This document shows positions 1-22,053 of a DNA stretch of 64,000 nucleotides, piece by piece. Where the stretch lies: assembly GCA_020137815.1 (NCBI GenBank), contig CM035352.1:682001-746000 (forward strand). Reading direction: 5' to 3'. Every line of letters begins with the position of its first letter. The stretch's first letter is position 1. Source of the stretch: Hormiphora californensis. Its lineage: Eukaryota; Animalia; Ctenophora. Position numbers and translations under genes: made by a program. The notes beneath the pieces are model-generated. The model had not been told where the DNA came from. It saw nothing but the letters and a program-made list of their open reading frames with translations, and did no database searches.

Positions 1-59
1 TGCTGTTTGAAACCCACACCCTATATTTTGTTACTTAGTGAAGTGCCCTATTGGAGTGC

Positions 60-1060
60 CTTTCAGAAACTGGTCAATTCGTGTAGATAGTCCTTACCCT
101 ACAAAGAGGAAACCAAACCTTTGCTACCCCCCACCCCCCTTCTTAGACCAATGCCGGGTTTACTCAGGAAGTAATAAGCTTACATGGATGCATAAATATT
201 TCCAGGAGGTTATGTAATTAAAAATTATATTGACCCTTTCTTGGCTACCTTTATTCCAATATTCTCAATAAGTAGGCTGGGTATTACCATTTTTCCGCTT
301 TGGGTGGGCCTTATATAATGCCCCTTCTTCCCATTTAACTTCTGGGTTCTCCTCACGTTTCTGTAGTCTTCTTTCTCCATCTCACAATCCCCTCAGCGCA
401 CTCCCCTTTTCCTTTAACTTCCCTTACCTTTGTTCTGCTTGTAACCCCATTTAGTCATTATCCTCCTCAGACATCTCTTTTTTCTTCGACCCATTCATCT
501 CTTGCCTTTCCTTCTCTCAAGCTTCCATTTTCTCTTTACACTCCTTTGTCCTTTGTTTAACACCTTCAAAGGTCTTTACTTTCCTGTACTATCCCCGTGA
601 GGAATACGTGTCTGCACTGTGGAGGCTATAAGTTGATAGAACTTGTAGAATTGGCTACGCTCCCTTATCGGCAATTGTATGTAGAGTTTAGCTTTGCATA
701 ATGTTCTATATCTTCTATTAAAATTGCATGCATAGACCCAGCCTCCTCTCTCGTTTCTCATTCACTGTTCGTCTGTGCTTCTGCTTCTCTCTGCTGCACT
801 CTTTGTATTTCGCTAGTACTTCTTCTCTCCTCTTCTCATTCTGTTCGATGTCAATGTTTATTTGTATTGTTTCCATGCAACGCTAACACGAGCCTATCCC
901 TTAAAAGCACCTCAATCTGTGCGTATTTACCAGTAATTCTCCGACTCCGCCCAAACTCTCCTCCTTTCGTCTTCTCCTTTCTCATATCTTTCTTACATCT
1001 CTCCCTTATTTCTCTCTCTTTCTTCAATCAACCCCCTTTATTGCCTTTTACAAATCCTTA
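60..1060 (-). pseudogene. Possible decayed pogo/Tigger-like transposase remnant
   Basis: Stop-interrupted minus-strand fragments: REIRERCKKDMRKEK...RSRRITGKYAQIEVLL (CENP-B-type HTH-like) and, further on, PTQSGKM and STRIDQFLKG, which loosely resemble DDE_1 motifs. Weak, by eye only. Confidence 0.25.
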
Positions 1061-2001
1061 CCTATTTACTGTAAACCCCTCTATAAATTGTGTTGTCTTG
1101 TGTTTTTGGACGGCCAAAATCCGTTTGAAGATTGGCGTTGTTGGTTTGGTGATTTTTACCGAGTACAAAGTATTGCATGCAAGATATATCAATTATTCCA
1201 ACTATTTAAGAACGTTGTGTCACTAAACAACACCTTCTTATTAGTTTTTCAGGCTTGAAATAATTCATTAAACTCGGCTACTGGTAAATACGTTCGTACG
1301 CACTTTTAAAATATCCTTTCCCCAAATCTTCCATCTATAAATTTATTTAAAAGGTTTTGTAACCCCCCTCGCCCAAATTCTACCAGGGGGAGAAATCCTA
1401 AAGAACAAAAGCATTGCACGTTTTCCATGCGAGACTGCGAGAGGACCAAAACACTGATAACTAGAGGTAGATTTTGAAGCTGCTACGGCTTGGTATCGTT
1501 AACATCGCATTGTATCGCCGATATACCTGACCAACATCAAATTATCCCTCATGTGGGGGTTGGAGACGCATTATATGCTACATCTTGTTCTAGTGAAGAA
1601 AGAGAGGTGATATAAAAGCTTAGTATGGTGAAGAAGCAACCCAGAAAAGGTATACCAGAATAAAGTGTGTACTGTACAGGTAGTTGCTACTCAATATTTC
1701 AAACTGTGTTTTTTATTGATTGTACTTCATGTAATCTTTATTTGAGAAGATATGATCTTCCTTATCCTAGATGGCCATTATCTTTTTGTTAAATGTACTT
1801 GCTCAGGCTCTAGAACTAAAGTTTTAACTAAACCTACCTATCTTATCCGTAATTTACTAAACGTGTATTGTTTGACTTGGTGGCAGCAGTCACAACGAGT
1901 TTTTTTACCGCGCTTCACACGGGAGTTACAGTAAGGGTGACTGCGTCACCAATTGTTTGACCTGGTTATACAAGAAACTTACTTAAATCATGATCTGTCA
2001 C

Positions 2002-2058
2002 CTGTCGGCGCTGGACCCCGTTTTGATTCTCAGTGCACTCATATCGGGTCGGCGCCTG
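2002..2058. mobile_element. About 60-80 bp palindromic mini-element, copy 1
   Basis: Shares the core TTTGATTCTCA...CTCA(G/T)AT..G.TC..GGCGCC with copies at about 7319, 8632 and 26362. Confidence 0.5.
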
Positions 2059-3358
2059 ATGATCATGTCAACTGAAAAGTACAGTCCACAGTCTGGAGGT
2101 GCACCTTTCCAAGTGTCGTGAAAAAATGAAATTCTTGTAGGCTGAAATCGGACGATGTGTTATCTCTCTCTAGAACCCAAAATGCTGGGTTTGCTCTATG
2201 ACGTATTACATTTAGGTGGAATAGCACTCCAGCATCGTTCGTAGGTATATGTGTGTAGGTAATCAACATTCGGACGGGCCTTTAGGTACTCTCAGGTTTC
2301 AGCTTCATCGCTGGGAAGTGGGATATCCCAGCTATATCTCTGACTCTTTCTCTCTGAATAGTAACTGCGATTCCTTCTCTTTAACTCTTCTCCTTTCTGG
2401 GCGACTCTTCTCGACTCTTCTCTTCTCATCTACAGTTGTTCTTCCTTCTCTCTCTCTCTCTCCTACCCCATCTGTGTTTATCTTAACTATAGCACGGTAT
2501 AACGTGGGAGAAACAGCTGGACAATAATAATCTAGATGTGCATAAAATAGGAACATAATTTAGTTGAGTTAGGACAGCAATTGAGAAATGCCACTCCCCG
2601 TCCGTTGTGTGAGGGCACACTATAATGATAATACTTACAAAGCTGACTATGAGCCCTAGCTATAAAGCTAGCTATAAAGCTAGTGAGATAGAGAGGATTA
2701 TAGGCGAGGTAAGAGTGAGAGACAGAAAATAGAGGAATAGTTAGCTATAGAGAAATTTGGGGTGCTGCTTATATCTTTGATTTTGATTATGCTAATCTTG
2801 TATTGTAAATTTAGCTCCTCCCCTTCTATCACTGCAACTTTGTACTGTATAGCAGCTGTGTCATACACTGTTCTGATTATGCTGTCTGACTGTAATTAGT
2901 AGTAGGAAATGATGATTAGGATCACACAATGCTGTCTCTCTTTGTTTGAAATTCAGCTGTGAAAGTATGTGACGTTAATGCAGGACTATCCTGCTGTCAA
3001 CGCACCTTGTATATCGACTAGGGGAGCGTTTTACCGATCAGCAACAGTCTATCTGTTGATCAATATTGTTAGATGTCAAGAACGCAAGGGTATTATTTTG
3101 GCTTTATCCATGCTTTTATGCCACTGCATCGCGGCCCCCTATCCCATTAACAAGCAACCCCCTCAATATCTTTGTGCTCGTTATTTTACCGGCCCCCCCT
3201 CTTTGTGCTTCTTGACAATTAATATATCTTTCTGTTACATTTCTCTCTCCCCATTGTACCCTTTATTCAGCAACCCCCCTTTATACCACAAAGTACAATG
3301 TACCATTTCGCTTACTAAACCCCCTCCTTATAATTGTAGTGTTACACTGATAGTTACT

Positions 3359-3488
3359 ATGGCAACAGCAGACGTCCAAATTCCGGAGGGCAGTATGCCG
3401 GCGGAGATCAACGGACTCCCCGAGATACGTATCGAGATACAGATGTACACCCCCGAGAGAATGGAGAAAATCAAGAACCAAATCAATG
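3359..3488 (+). CDS. Probable first coding exon of an unidentified gene (MATADVQIPEG...KNQIN)
   Basis: ATG at 3359, coding-like composition, strong donor g|gtaaga at 3489. Downstream exons not resolved (candidates near 4508 and 4607). Confidence 0.4.
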
Positions 3489-5142
3489 GTAAGAATTTGA
3501 TGTCACTGTAAAGTACTACTATCTAGTTAATACCACTGTAAATTACTGTCAGCGTGATGCCTGACAGGGAAATTATTCGTTCGTACTTCGTAGGAAACAA
3601 ATTCGTCCAAAGTTGGTCCAAAGTTGGTCCAAAGTTCGTGTGTGTACTTGTCTGTTTCATATCCAGTGTTTTTTATGTCTTCATCGTTCCTATATCTGTC
3701 ACCCCCACCCCATCATGTGAACCCTGTCATATCCAGTGTTTTCACCACCATAAATTATTTCTCGTGACCCCTGGTATTTAGTGAAGTGTCTGAAATTAGG
3801 CAGCACGAGACATGAAACACACCCCACCCACATTGTGAAACAATTACTATACCAACGTTGCGTGTCAGGGCACTGCCATTATACGGTGTTCACATATACG
3901 AACAAACTCTCCACTATTAGTATTTAGTATTATCGAAGCTGTTTAGTAGCCCAGTTGTAAATATATGTATGCCACATCTAGTCATATTGGTATTATATAT
4001 TCGAAAGAAAGATAAATAGTCTGTCTTAGACTCTCTTTTTCTCTCTATCTCTCTCAGAGAGATAGATATAATAAGTGATAGAGGAAAAAGATAGTGATAG
4101 TTAACGTGTCAGAGATAGAATGAAATACTAATAGAGGGAGACTTAGAGACAAGCATTGGGAAAGACAAATCAGAGAGAGAGAGAGAGAGTTATTTTACTG
4201 CTCTTTCAGGGGAGGTAGTGTTTTTAGAAGCTAGTGTGTCTCGTTAATTAACTAAAATTACTGAACATTGCTGCTGATGCTGTCCACCTAGCTGCCCTAT
4301 ATATTGTGTTATAACGTCGCGGTAGCTTTAGAATTAGTAATAGACAGAATTGTCATTTTAGCTGTTGTTACCTGCAGTTAATGTGTACCGTGTTTTTGAA
4401 ACTTATCCGGGCTATCCCGGTTAGGTTTTTTACTTTCATGGGGTGTAGTATCAGTGAATAAGAGATCCTATAAACGTTCCCATAACTCAAGCTGTGCTCA
4501 TTTTCAGCTTGCTGTGGGTATTCAAAGGAACAATGTGTGAGTGTGTTCCTCTCTATCTCTCTCCCTATCTCTCTATCTCTCTATCTCTCTATTTCTCTCA
4601 CGACAGCTCTAACTGAAAATTTAGAGGTTTCCTTTTGACATTCAAAATATGTGAGTCTTTATATTATGTCTTACCGCACTATGTGGCTTGAAAAAGTTGG
4701 GAAATCAGAGCTATAGCTTTGTGCCAAAGTTCGGCAGCATTCAATGGCAGATGTTTTGATAAAATAAAATATTGAAGTCATGATTATTTACCATCATCAA
4801 ATACTCACCTACCATCTCAGAATGATTCCAGCTCCAAATGTTAATAAATAATATCGTCATCAGACTATAACATTCCCGGGCTGCTTGCTTCTCCCCCTTG
4901 TCTCTTCAATGTCTGTGTGTGTGACCCCCATTTAGCGTGCAGAACTAGATAAATTGGCAACACAGTAGCCACCTATCCCACTTGTATTGTGGGAACAGTG
5001 AGGAACTATCTCACTCTGTCTCTCCGTGCTGTTCATATTATTGGCAGCTTGTATCATGACGTATCTTTATTAATTTTGTCCTGGAAGTTTGTTTCTGACG
5101 AGTTATGAGGAGGAAGAGGTTTTCAGCACTTTGAGGGTAGTT

Positions 5143-5186
5143 AGGGAGATAGAGATAGAGAGAGATAGAGACGGAGATAGAGAGAA

Positions 5187-5222
<36 letters not shown>

Positions 5223-6000
5223 GAGAGAGTAGAGCGAGAGAGTCGGAGATCGACGAGAGAGAGATGAGAGAGGAGAGAGAGAGAGAGAGAGAGACGGAGA
5301 TTAGGAGATAGAGAGAGGTAGAGGAGATGAAGTAATGCCCATATCCTAGGCACTCACACTGCCTTAGCCCTTCTGACTCCCCTGTATGACCCCACAGAGA
5401 CCCCCCAATGTGCAGTCTTGCTGACAGAATATAGCCACTACTAATGATGGACCTCTTCTGTATTGAAGTAGAAACATGGGATTACTGTGTGGATTTACTG
5501 ATAATTGATCTGTAATTTCCAGGCCGGTTTCTCTGTCTTCTACTAAAACTTGTTCTTGCCAGAAAACGTGTATTTGATTCTCCAGTCTCCACTAAATTAG
5601 CCCTGAGGTATTGGGAAACGGGAAGATTTGGTCAGAGAAAGTTGTAGGGCTTCTGAGAGAGAAATGACGAATATTTATTCCTGAAGGAAATTAATCCAAT
5701 AAGAATAAAGTTTCGTCATATGTCTGCCAGAAGCTTGCGAGATCATGATATGGAAGCTGCACTGGGAGAGAAAATATGAAAAAAGTGAATAAGAAGTTTC
5801 GAAGACGCATAGTTAGGGAAGAGAGAGAGAGCGAGAGAAGAGAGGAGAGCAGAGAGAAGGGAGTAGCAGAGAGCTGCGATCGCGCGGCGTCTCTCTCTCG
5901 CTCTCTCCTCGCTCCTCGGCTGCGCTCTCCTCTGCTCTCTCTCTCGCTCTCGCGCTCTCGCTCTCTCTCTCTCTTTCTCTCTTCTCTCTCTCTCTCGCTC

Positions 6001-6036
<36 letters not shown>

Positions 6037-6057
6037 ATCTCGTTTCGCGCTATCTCG

Positions 6058-6088
<31 letters not shown>

Positions 6089-6780
6089 TCTCTCGCTCTC
6101 ATCTCTGCTCTTCACGTCAAGTTTTATTTCCCCCACCCCTTCCTTTGTCTCTCTACAGGGACTTTTGTTGTTGTTGTGTTGCTCCCCCTTTCGGGGGAGG
6201 AAATTTTTTTTTTTTCTTTTTTTTTCCTTTTTTTTTTTCGTTTGCCCGGTCCCAAAGGGTATCCTTTTTTTTTTTTTCCTGTCCCCTTTTGGGGTTTTAA
6301 AAGGGGGGGTCGGGTTTTATTTTTGGGGAAAAAAGGTTTTTTTTTTCCTAAAAAAAAAAGGAAAAAAGGGAAGGGGGGGGTGAAAAAATTTACCCCAAAG
6401 GAAAATTGAAAATTTTAAGGGGGGAAAAGGCCGGGAAAGGAGAGCAGGAGAGAGGAGAGAACCGGGGTATTAGAGGGATAGGGGGCGGAGAGGGGATCAG
6501 AGAGCAATTCCCCTCCCGTCTCTCTCATCCCCCTCTCTCGCCTCCCTTTTCTTCCGTTTCGTTCTTCATTCTCCTCTACTTCCCTGGGTTGGGGCCCCCG
6601 AGTCGACCTCAAATCTTTTGGGGTCACCCTTTCCCCTAAATTTGGGGCCCAAACTTCCATTTTTTGGGCCCTTCCCGAAAGGGGGAGGGGCCTTTTTTTT
6701 TCCCCTTCTGCCGGGGTGAAAAAATTTTGGGGGGAGGGGGGAAAAGGAGAGACGGAGAGGAAGAGAAAGAAGGATATAAG
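5143..6780. repeat. Degenerate AG/CT microsatellites and homopolymer-rich low-complexity tract
   Basis: Irregular (AG)n/(CT)n at 5143-5330 and 5815-6110, then runs of T, G, A and C to about 6780. Looks like poorly polished sequence. Confidence 0.7.
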
Positions 6781-7318
6781 AAATTTCCTTCAGTATAAAA
6801 ATTGTTCTAGTTTCAGCTCTGTTGCTACAACGTTCTGTATAATAATTCTGTCCCTGAGACAACAAGTTTGCTTTCGATATATTGCCATGAAAAGTGATTT
6901 GTGAGAAATTTATAGCTATAGGATTCTTACCATTTTTACTAGTTTTAGTATTCTTCCTGTCATACAGTGAAAACAAAATGTTTGGGGCTGAGTTTTCACT
7001 CAGAGTTATTCCAAGTTCTGATCGGCGGCTGGTCACCGTTGGTTAACTTCAATATTCTATAATTGACTATGATCGACTATATGTGTAGAGCCTACCATCA
7101 TAGCGGTATTCCAAGAGGACTTGTTAACACAACAAAAGATGACCAGATATATCATTATATGTGGAGTCTTGATGTTGCTGATATAATATCAGTTATTATG
7201 TGCATAATATATAATTTAGTTACCACTTCGGCTTCGCTAGTTATTAAATATTGAGTTTCTAAATATCTAAAATCTAGAAATAGGTACAGCAGTTCAAATC
7301 CAGGAGGGCCAGAGGAAT

Positions 7319-7385
7319 CTGTCTGGTGGTGCCAAACCACGTTTTGATTCTCAGTGCACTCAGATTGGATCGGCGCCACCAGACA
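7319..7385. mobile_element. Palindromic mini-element, copy 2
   Basis: Inverted ends GTCTGGTGGTGCC ... GGCGCCACCAGAC around the shared core. Confidence 0.55.
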
Positions 7386-7469
7386 CTGACAGGGAGGCAA
7401 GATTCTGTATACCAACACTTGAACAAACTTTATCTCCATATCTTTCTCTCTGTCTCCTCTATTTCTCTT

Positions 7470-7628
<159 letters not shown>

Positions 7629-8003
7629 GTGTTGGCACACGAAGTCACCGATTAATCAGTGAACAAGGGGGTCTCAACAAGCTATACCATCTTTTACTAT
7701 CCCTTTCTTTTATTCAGTTTGTACTGAAGTACTTCCACCCTGATCAGCTGCTTCCTATTTTATCGTCCCTTTCCCTTAAATTAATTTACCTTTCCCTAAT
7801 ATTAGTACCTACAATCAGCGTATTTTACAACCCCCTATAATATCCCTTATTTTTCTAGTTTTTCCTTCTGACCAGCTCTCCCTTACTTCCTACAGAGAGG
7901 TGATGAAACTTGACTAGTCTGCTTTAAGACCTTGGAGCACTTAGAGGCATATTTGACGCCACTAAGAGAGAGGGAGAAGAGGGAAAGAAAGATAGAGAGA
8001 GAG

Positions 8004-8034
<31 letters not shown>

Positions 8035-8631
8035 GATATGCACTATATAACATATTGCTCGGAGACTGGAGATATATACCCCTATATTATATCCCTCTAC
8101 CTCTGTCACCAGTCACAACACACCTTCTTCCTATTCAAGAACCTTCTAGAGCCTTCTCATGATGTTTCTATGTTTCTTAGCGACATGAGACAATGTGTCA
8201 CTGTTGGTGACGTTTGAATGATGGAAGGTAGATACTAGATGTAGCTATACTCCTGAACTCCTTATATATATTAGCTTGTGTAAAAGCCCGTCCATAAAAC
8301 CAATGTTAGATACTCTAATTATCACTATAAAGTCACGTGACATGTATCACGTGACAGTGGTGAGTTCTCATTGGTAGAACCGGCCAGGGTTGCATGTGTG
8401 TAGATCACATGACACATACTCAGTTAATTTTTACAGCTGGGAGAGTTACAGTAATGAGTCTCTCTCATGTGTAATTTTGATGCTATATGGGGAAGGAGCA
8501 ATTCAAGGAGTACACTCTCTTGCATGAATAATACGGAACTGGAGCTGGGAGACTGAAAAATAGTTTTCAGTGGATCTAAAGGTCGTAAAGATTCACATCA
8601 GAAAAGAATCCCTCGAATACCAGATATAGAA

Positions 8632-8707
8632 TGTATGGCGGCGCCATACCCCCATTTGTGATTCTCAAATCACAATGCGCTCAGATGGGTTCGCGGCGCC
8701 AGACAGG
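8632..8707. mobile_element. Palindromic mini-element, copy 3
   Basis: TGTATGGCGGCGCCATACC...CTCAGATGGGTTCGCGGCGCCAGACAG, closely similar to 26362-26427. Confidence 0.55.
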
Positions 8708-8886
8708 ATATATAGACCATGGCCGTGTGATTTTGAGATGATGCCTGATAATGTGCATCATTGTTCAAAACTCCTAATTTCTTAATTCTCAAACCACCAT
8801 CTCCTGGCCTTTCTCCCCTAAGAGGATTTAGTAGGAGCCATTCAGCATACATAACTAATCTCTAATGCAGTTGGTGCTCTAAGGAC

Positions 8887-8934
<48 letters not shown>

Positions 8935-9432
8935 GAGAGAGAGTGAGAGAGAGATAGAGAGAGATAGAAAGAGAGTGAGGGAGACAGAGGGAGAGAGAAA
9001 GAGGGAGAGAGAGAGAGGCATAAGAAAACGAGGGCAAATGATGCTAGAAGGTCTGAGAAACTACATATATCAGTTTTCACTGAATTCGATTCTATCATCC
9101 TTCTTGCTCGGGCTCGCAGGCCAGTGTATTAAACACCTGCAACGCCACGATGGAATATTGACACTAGCCGTCAATAACTAGGCTTTGGAAGGTAAACGGA
9201 AGCGATCTGATTTGTTGAGTAAACAAAAGGTTCTGTTTAGATTGTACACGTGTTCAAACTGCCAAATCACACCTTTATTCTTTAAACATCTCAATAGTTT
9301 CTAGGCAGGGCGTGTGAGTGTTTATCTAATATTATTCGGGTCTTTTCATGGAATAATAACCACTGTTGCATTGCTTCAAAATATTTAGCTCTCAATTGGA
9401 CTTATGATAAATGTTCTCCAATGAGTGTATTT

Positions 9433-10140
9433 TCAAAGAAACGAGACTGGATGCTCTGGAGCGTGTGCTCCCAACGCAGGAAGTTTAATTCTCCATCTCC
9501 TTTGTTTCATTTTACGCTTTCTCCCGCCTTCCTGATCTGATTTGATATTTGTTTTGGTAGGGGGTAACTTGGCCGCAAAACTGTTTATATCTACCGGAGC
9601 TAACCTCACAGGTTGTCGTGTTACTGGTGATCCAGCAGGCTTCCACACAGGCCTTCTTGGTCGAGCTTTGTTCACTGATTCTTGGACGTTTCTTCTCACT
9701 GCTGCCATTATCTCATCAGTTCGAAGTCTGTTTTCTTTGACATGTGGAGGGGGACGAGGTGGTCGATGGGCAACGCGGCGAGGGGCACCGAAAATGAATG
9801 TCGCATCCCTTTTAACACTGTCAGGTACTGACTTTAGTGGTGCTAACACCGGTCTCTTTGAAATAACCTGAGTTAGTTCCTTGACGAAATCCAAGTCTTC
9901 CTGTTGAGGTAGATCGGTTCTCTCTGTACAAACACCAGATGGTTGTATTACCTCCGAAACTCTCTCAATTGTTCTCTGTTCTGAATCTGATTGACCATTT
10001 GGATTGTTAGGCCTGGTATCTGGTGACTGGTTTCCTTCATCTACCTCACTGTGTACCTCACCATCACCAGCGCATTGTACTTGTGCACTCCACTGTTCAA
10101 AGAGATCAACCTCTTCTAGCTGCAATGTATCAGCCATCAT
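9433..10140 (-). CDS. Intronless ORF of about 235 aa, unknown protein (acidic N-terminus, Pro/Arg-rich C-terminus)
   Basis: Long non-repetitive ORF with ATG at 10140/10137. No recognisable domain. Confidence 0.55.
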   Translation of the reverse strand: MMADTLQLEEVDLFEQWSAQVQCAGDGEVHSEVDEGNQSPDTRPNNPNGQSDSEQRTIERVSEVIQPSGVCTERTDLPQQEDLDFVKELTQVISKRPVLAPLKSVPDSVKRDATFIFGAPRRVAHRPPRPPPHVKENRLRTDEIMAAVRRNVQESVNKARPRRPVWKPAGSPVTRQPVRLAPVDINSFAAKLPPTKTNIKSDQEGGRKRKMKQRRWRIKLPALGAHAPEHPVSFL

Positions 10141-10353
10141 CAAATAGTAACACACAAGAAACTTATAAGATATGATCTGAGAGCTACTAGAGATGCTAAG
10201 CTCCTAGCTCCCTCAAATTGCCCCCAAATTGCACCCAACATGCATCACATGCATCGCCAAATTATCTGATCTCTCCACTGATAATACACGTGCAGCAGGC
10301 GCTAGTGGTAGTTGCGCTATTTGTTGAGTGTCCACTCTGCCCCACTTGTCAAG

Positions 10354-10470
10354 CTGTCATCTCCAGCTCTTGTGATTGGGGGGGCGTGACGTCATAATCA
10401 ATCAACTTGTACAAAAACTGCCTCTTGTGACGTCACAACCCCAATCACAATATCAAGAGGGAGATGACAG
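10354..10470. repeat. Imperfect inverted repeat with two TGACGTCA sites (MITE-like or promoter palindrome)
   Basis: CTGTCATCTCC..TTGTGATTGGGG..GTGACGTCA mirrored by TGACGTCAC..CCCCAATCACAA..GGAGATGACAG. Confidence 0.6.
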
Positions 10471-11483
10471 TTGATTGGTTCCAATTAGGGAAACTATTAC
10501 TTTTCTAGTCATGACAAGACTGTTCGCTATCTGCTGTTTGATAGAAATGGCCCTTTATATGATAAGTGGTACCATGCTTGCACGTCGAACAACCTGCACA
10601 GATTGCAACTGCATCCTAGGGTATCACATTTTGTAATGATTTATTGACCGTGTACTATAATAGTGCTATTTTGAAATGTGTGTGTGTGTGTCTGCGAAAA
10701 GTTCCAAATAATGTAGACACAAATAATTTCCTCTCATTTATCCAGCTCTTCTTTACCTTCCTGCCCTTCTCTGCTATTCTGCTTTTCCTGTAAGTTAACA
10801 GCAGCTCAGTTTTCTGTCGTCAATTAAAACTTTCCCAGTTGGAGGTTGGTGTGTCCTAAAAAAGAAACGAATTCCAACACAGCTTGAGGTCCGGGAGAGA
10901 ATTGAGGGAGGGAGATAGAGAGGGAGGAGAGAGAATTGAGGGAGGGAGATAGAGAGGGAGGAGAGAGAATTGAGGGAGGGAGATAGAGAGGGAGGAGGTT
11001 ATATCAACCTCAGAGTCTACACGTGAGACGACATAAATACATTTCGAGCCACTGTTTGTTGTTTGATAATATCGCGACAAACGTTAATTAGCATCGCCTA
11101 TTAATGGTAATTTGTGTTTTTTCCTGATTTTGTGATTTCAAATTAACTTATCTCGTTTCATTAAATACGTCAAAATGAGACCATTTAAATTTTCAAAACC
11201 CAATACATAGATCGAATTCAAAAGTTTCTACCAGATCCTGACCTTACTAAATTATTTATCTTTTAGTAAGAGACACTAGCGTGTCTCCTATTAATTTGGC
11301 GACCAGCTACGGCCTCCTGGTTTTCCTTTAATCTGAGAGAAGTTAAAGAGGTTCGGGTACCAACTGATCTGACAGTTCCATCTAACTATATGTGCATGGG
11401 AACTTGACTTCTGTATTTTACTAGTTTGTGTACAAACACCGAAAACAAGCGTACACGCTTACACAATATACGTTCTCTCTCTT

Positions 11484-11567
<84 letters not shown>

Positions 11568-11661
11568 TCTTGCTCTCTCTTAGCGTGGGCACTGGCTATA
11601 TCCATCACTTTCTCTTGTCTAACTGTATAGAGCCTCTCAAGACTCAATAGATCGCCAAGAG

Positions 11662-12156
11662 ATGACCTCGACCCCAACGGGCACTCCCATCACTTCTACT
11701 GCCGCCATGGCTACCAGTGCAATGAATGCAGCGGCTGAGTGTACCGGTCAGTCATGTTACTTCTTCAGCTTGGAGAGACAACAGAACCTCTACCTGAAGG
11801 GATGGGTAATAAGCAGCGACACTGACTTCTGGTTATCTCTGGGAGGACTGGTGGTGTTGGCGCTACTCTATGAGATGGTGAAGAGTTTCAGGGCCTGTCT
11901 GATAATTGAGGCACAACACAGTGCCGCCAACCAGGAGAGGAAACCCATTCTTCTGAGGCACAACCCAGATCCACCAGTGGATGGAGGAATGGACTGCCTT
12001 CAACACTTCCTCTGTGCATTGTTCTATCTTCTCGAGTGGACCCTTCTCTTCCTCATCTTCCTGGCTGTCATTGGATTCAATGTTTGGAACTTAATTGCTG
12101 TCCTGGTCGGCCTTTTTACGGGATATCTTGTCTTTGGGAAGGGTCGTGTCAACTAG
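11662..12156 (+). CDS. Ctr (SLC31) copper-transporter-family protein, divergent
   Basis: 164 aa with three hydrophobic segments and Ctr hallmarks: LY.KGW.I, ALLYE..K..R, H...A..Y, FN.W..IAVL.G...GY.VFG (GxxxG). The MxxxM motif is absent. Confidence 0.8.
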   Translation: MTSTPTGTPITSTAAMATSAMNAAAECTGQSCYFFSLERQQNLYLKGWVISSDTDFWLSLGGLVVLALLYEMVKSFRACLIIEAQHSAANQERKPILLRHNPDPPVDGGMDCLQHFLCALFYLLEWTLLFLIFLAVIGFNVWNLIAVLVGLFTGYLVFGKGRVN

Positions 12157-12982
12157 CGTGTAATTCAGTAGACACATTACAAGATGATATAGATCTCTAT
12201 CTCTCATGTAGAAGTAATTAATCGCCAGGTGTTCAGCAATACGATTCAGTAATTGAACAATGACTGGTATAGTGAGCCTTTTACTCCACGTGATATACTT
12301 CATCAATATATAGCTCTTAGTCTTAGCACACAAACACACCCGCGGTGTGGGCTGAGGACCAATGTGATCTGCTGCGAAGATGTTCAAAGAGGAACATATT
12401 GATTATATGTGGGGACACAATCTCGATTAGCTTGAGTAGCATATATTTCCCTCTTTCAGCTTGAGTTGATTGAAAAGAAAATGAAATGACTATTTGAATT
12501 TTAGTATAGCTGATGTTACAGGTTAATACGTTTCTTATAATTCAACTTGTATACATTTTGTGTTTTGGGTCTTAGAATTATTTATTCAATGAGGATGTAA
12601 CTACACGTCATCAAGTGGTTGTGCCTAATAATAATTTAGTCTTCTTTATGAATGACTGGATAATTTCGGTTCGTCTCAGTCGCTTCGACTCATTTGAATA
12701 CCTCTGAAGGCATGTCGTGATATATCGTGACGCCACATGTTATATCAATAACAAGGCACACAGCTGATATCAATAAAGGGGATATTGTTTTGTTATTCGA
12801 ACAACAATGGTCAGCTGCGTTCCTGTGTTGTTAGATAGTTTCAGACTTCAGTAAAAGTTGTCAGGATAAGCTTTCGAACTGCACACAGTAAATCAGAGAG
12901 AGGGTGGGAGAGATAGATAGAGAGTAAGATAGATAGATAGATAGAGAGTAAGATAGATAGATAGATAGAGAGTAAGATAGAG

Positions 12983-13043
<61 letters not shown>

Positions 13044-13237
13044 AGTGTGTGTGCGTGTAAGTGTCACGTGATCCACGTCCTATCTGTCATCAAGTGCAAT
13101 GAGAGGGGTGAGAGAGAACGCTTTGATTTCTATCTGGGAGTTGTGTGTGTGTGAGTGTGTGTGTCTTGTTTTGACTTCTTCCCATCTGGTATTGATTCGC
13201 CGGCTGTCTGCCGAGTACTGCTCCAATAAGACACATC

Positions 13238-22053
<8,816 letters not shown>

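Noticed and set aside
5691-7036. RE-, LS-, F- and K-rich ORFs
   Set aside because: These are translations of microsatellites and homopolymer-rich, probably low-quality sequence. The same applies at 7155, 11386, 40104, 47742 and 62213.
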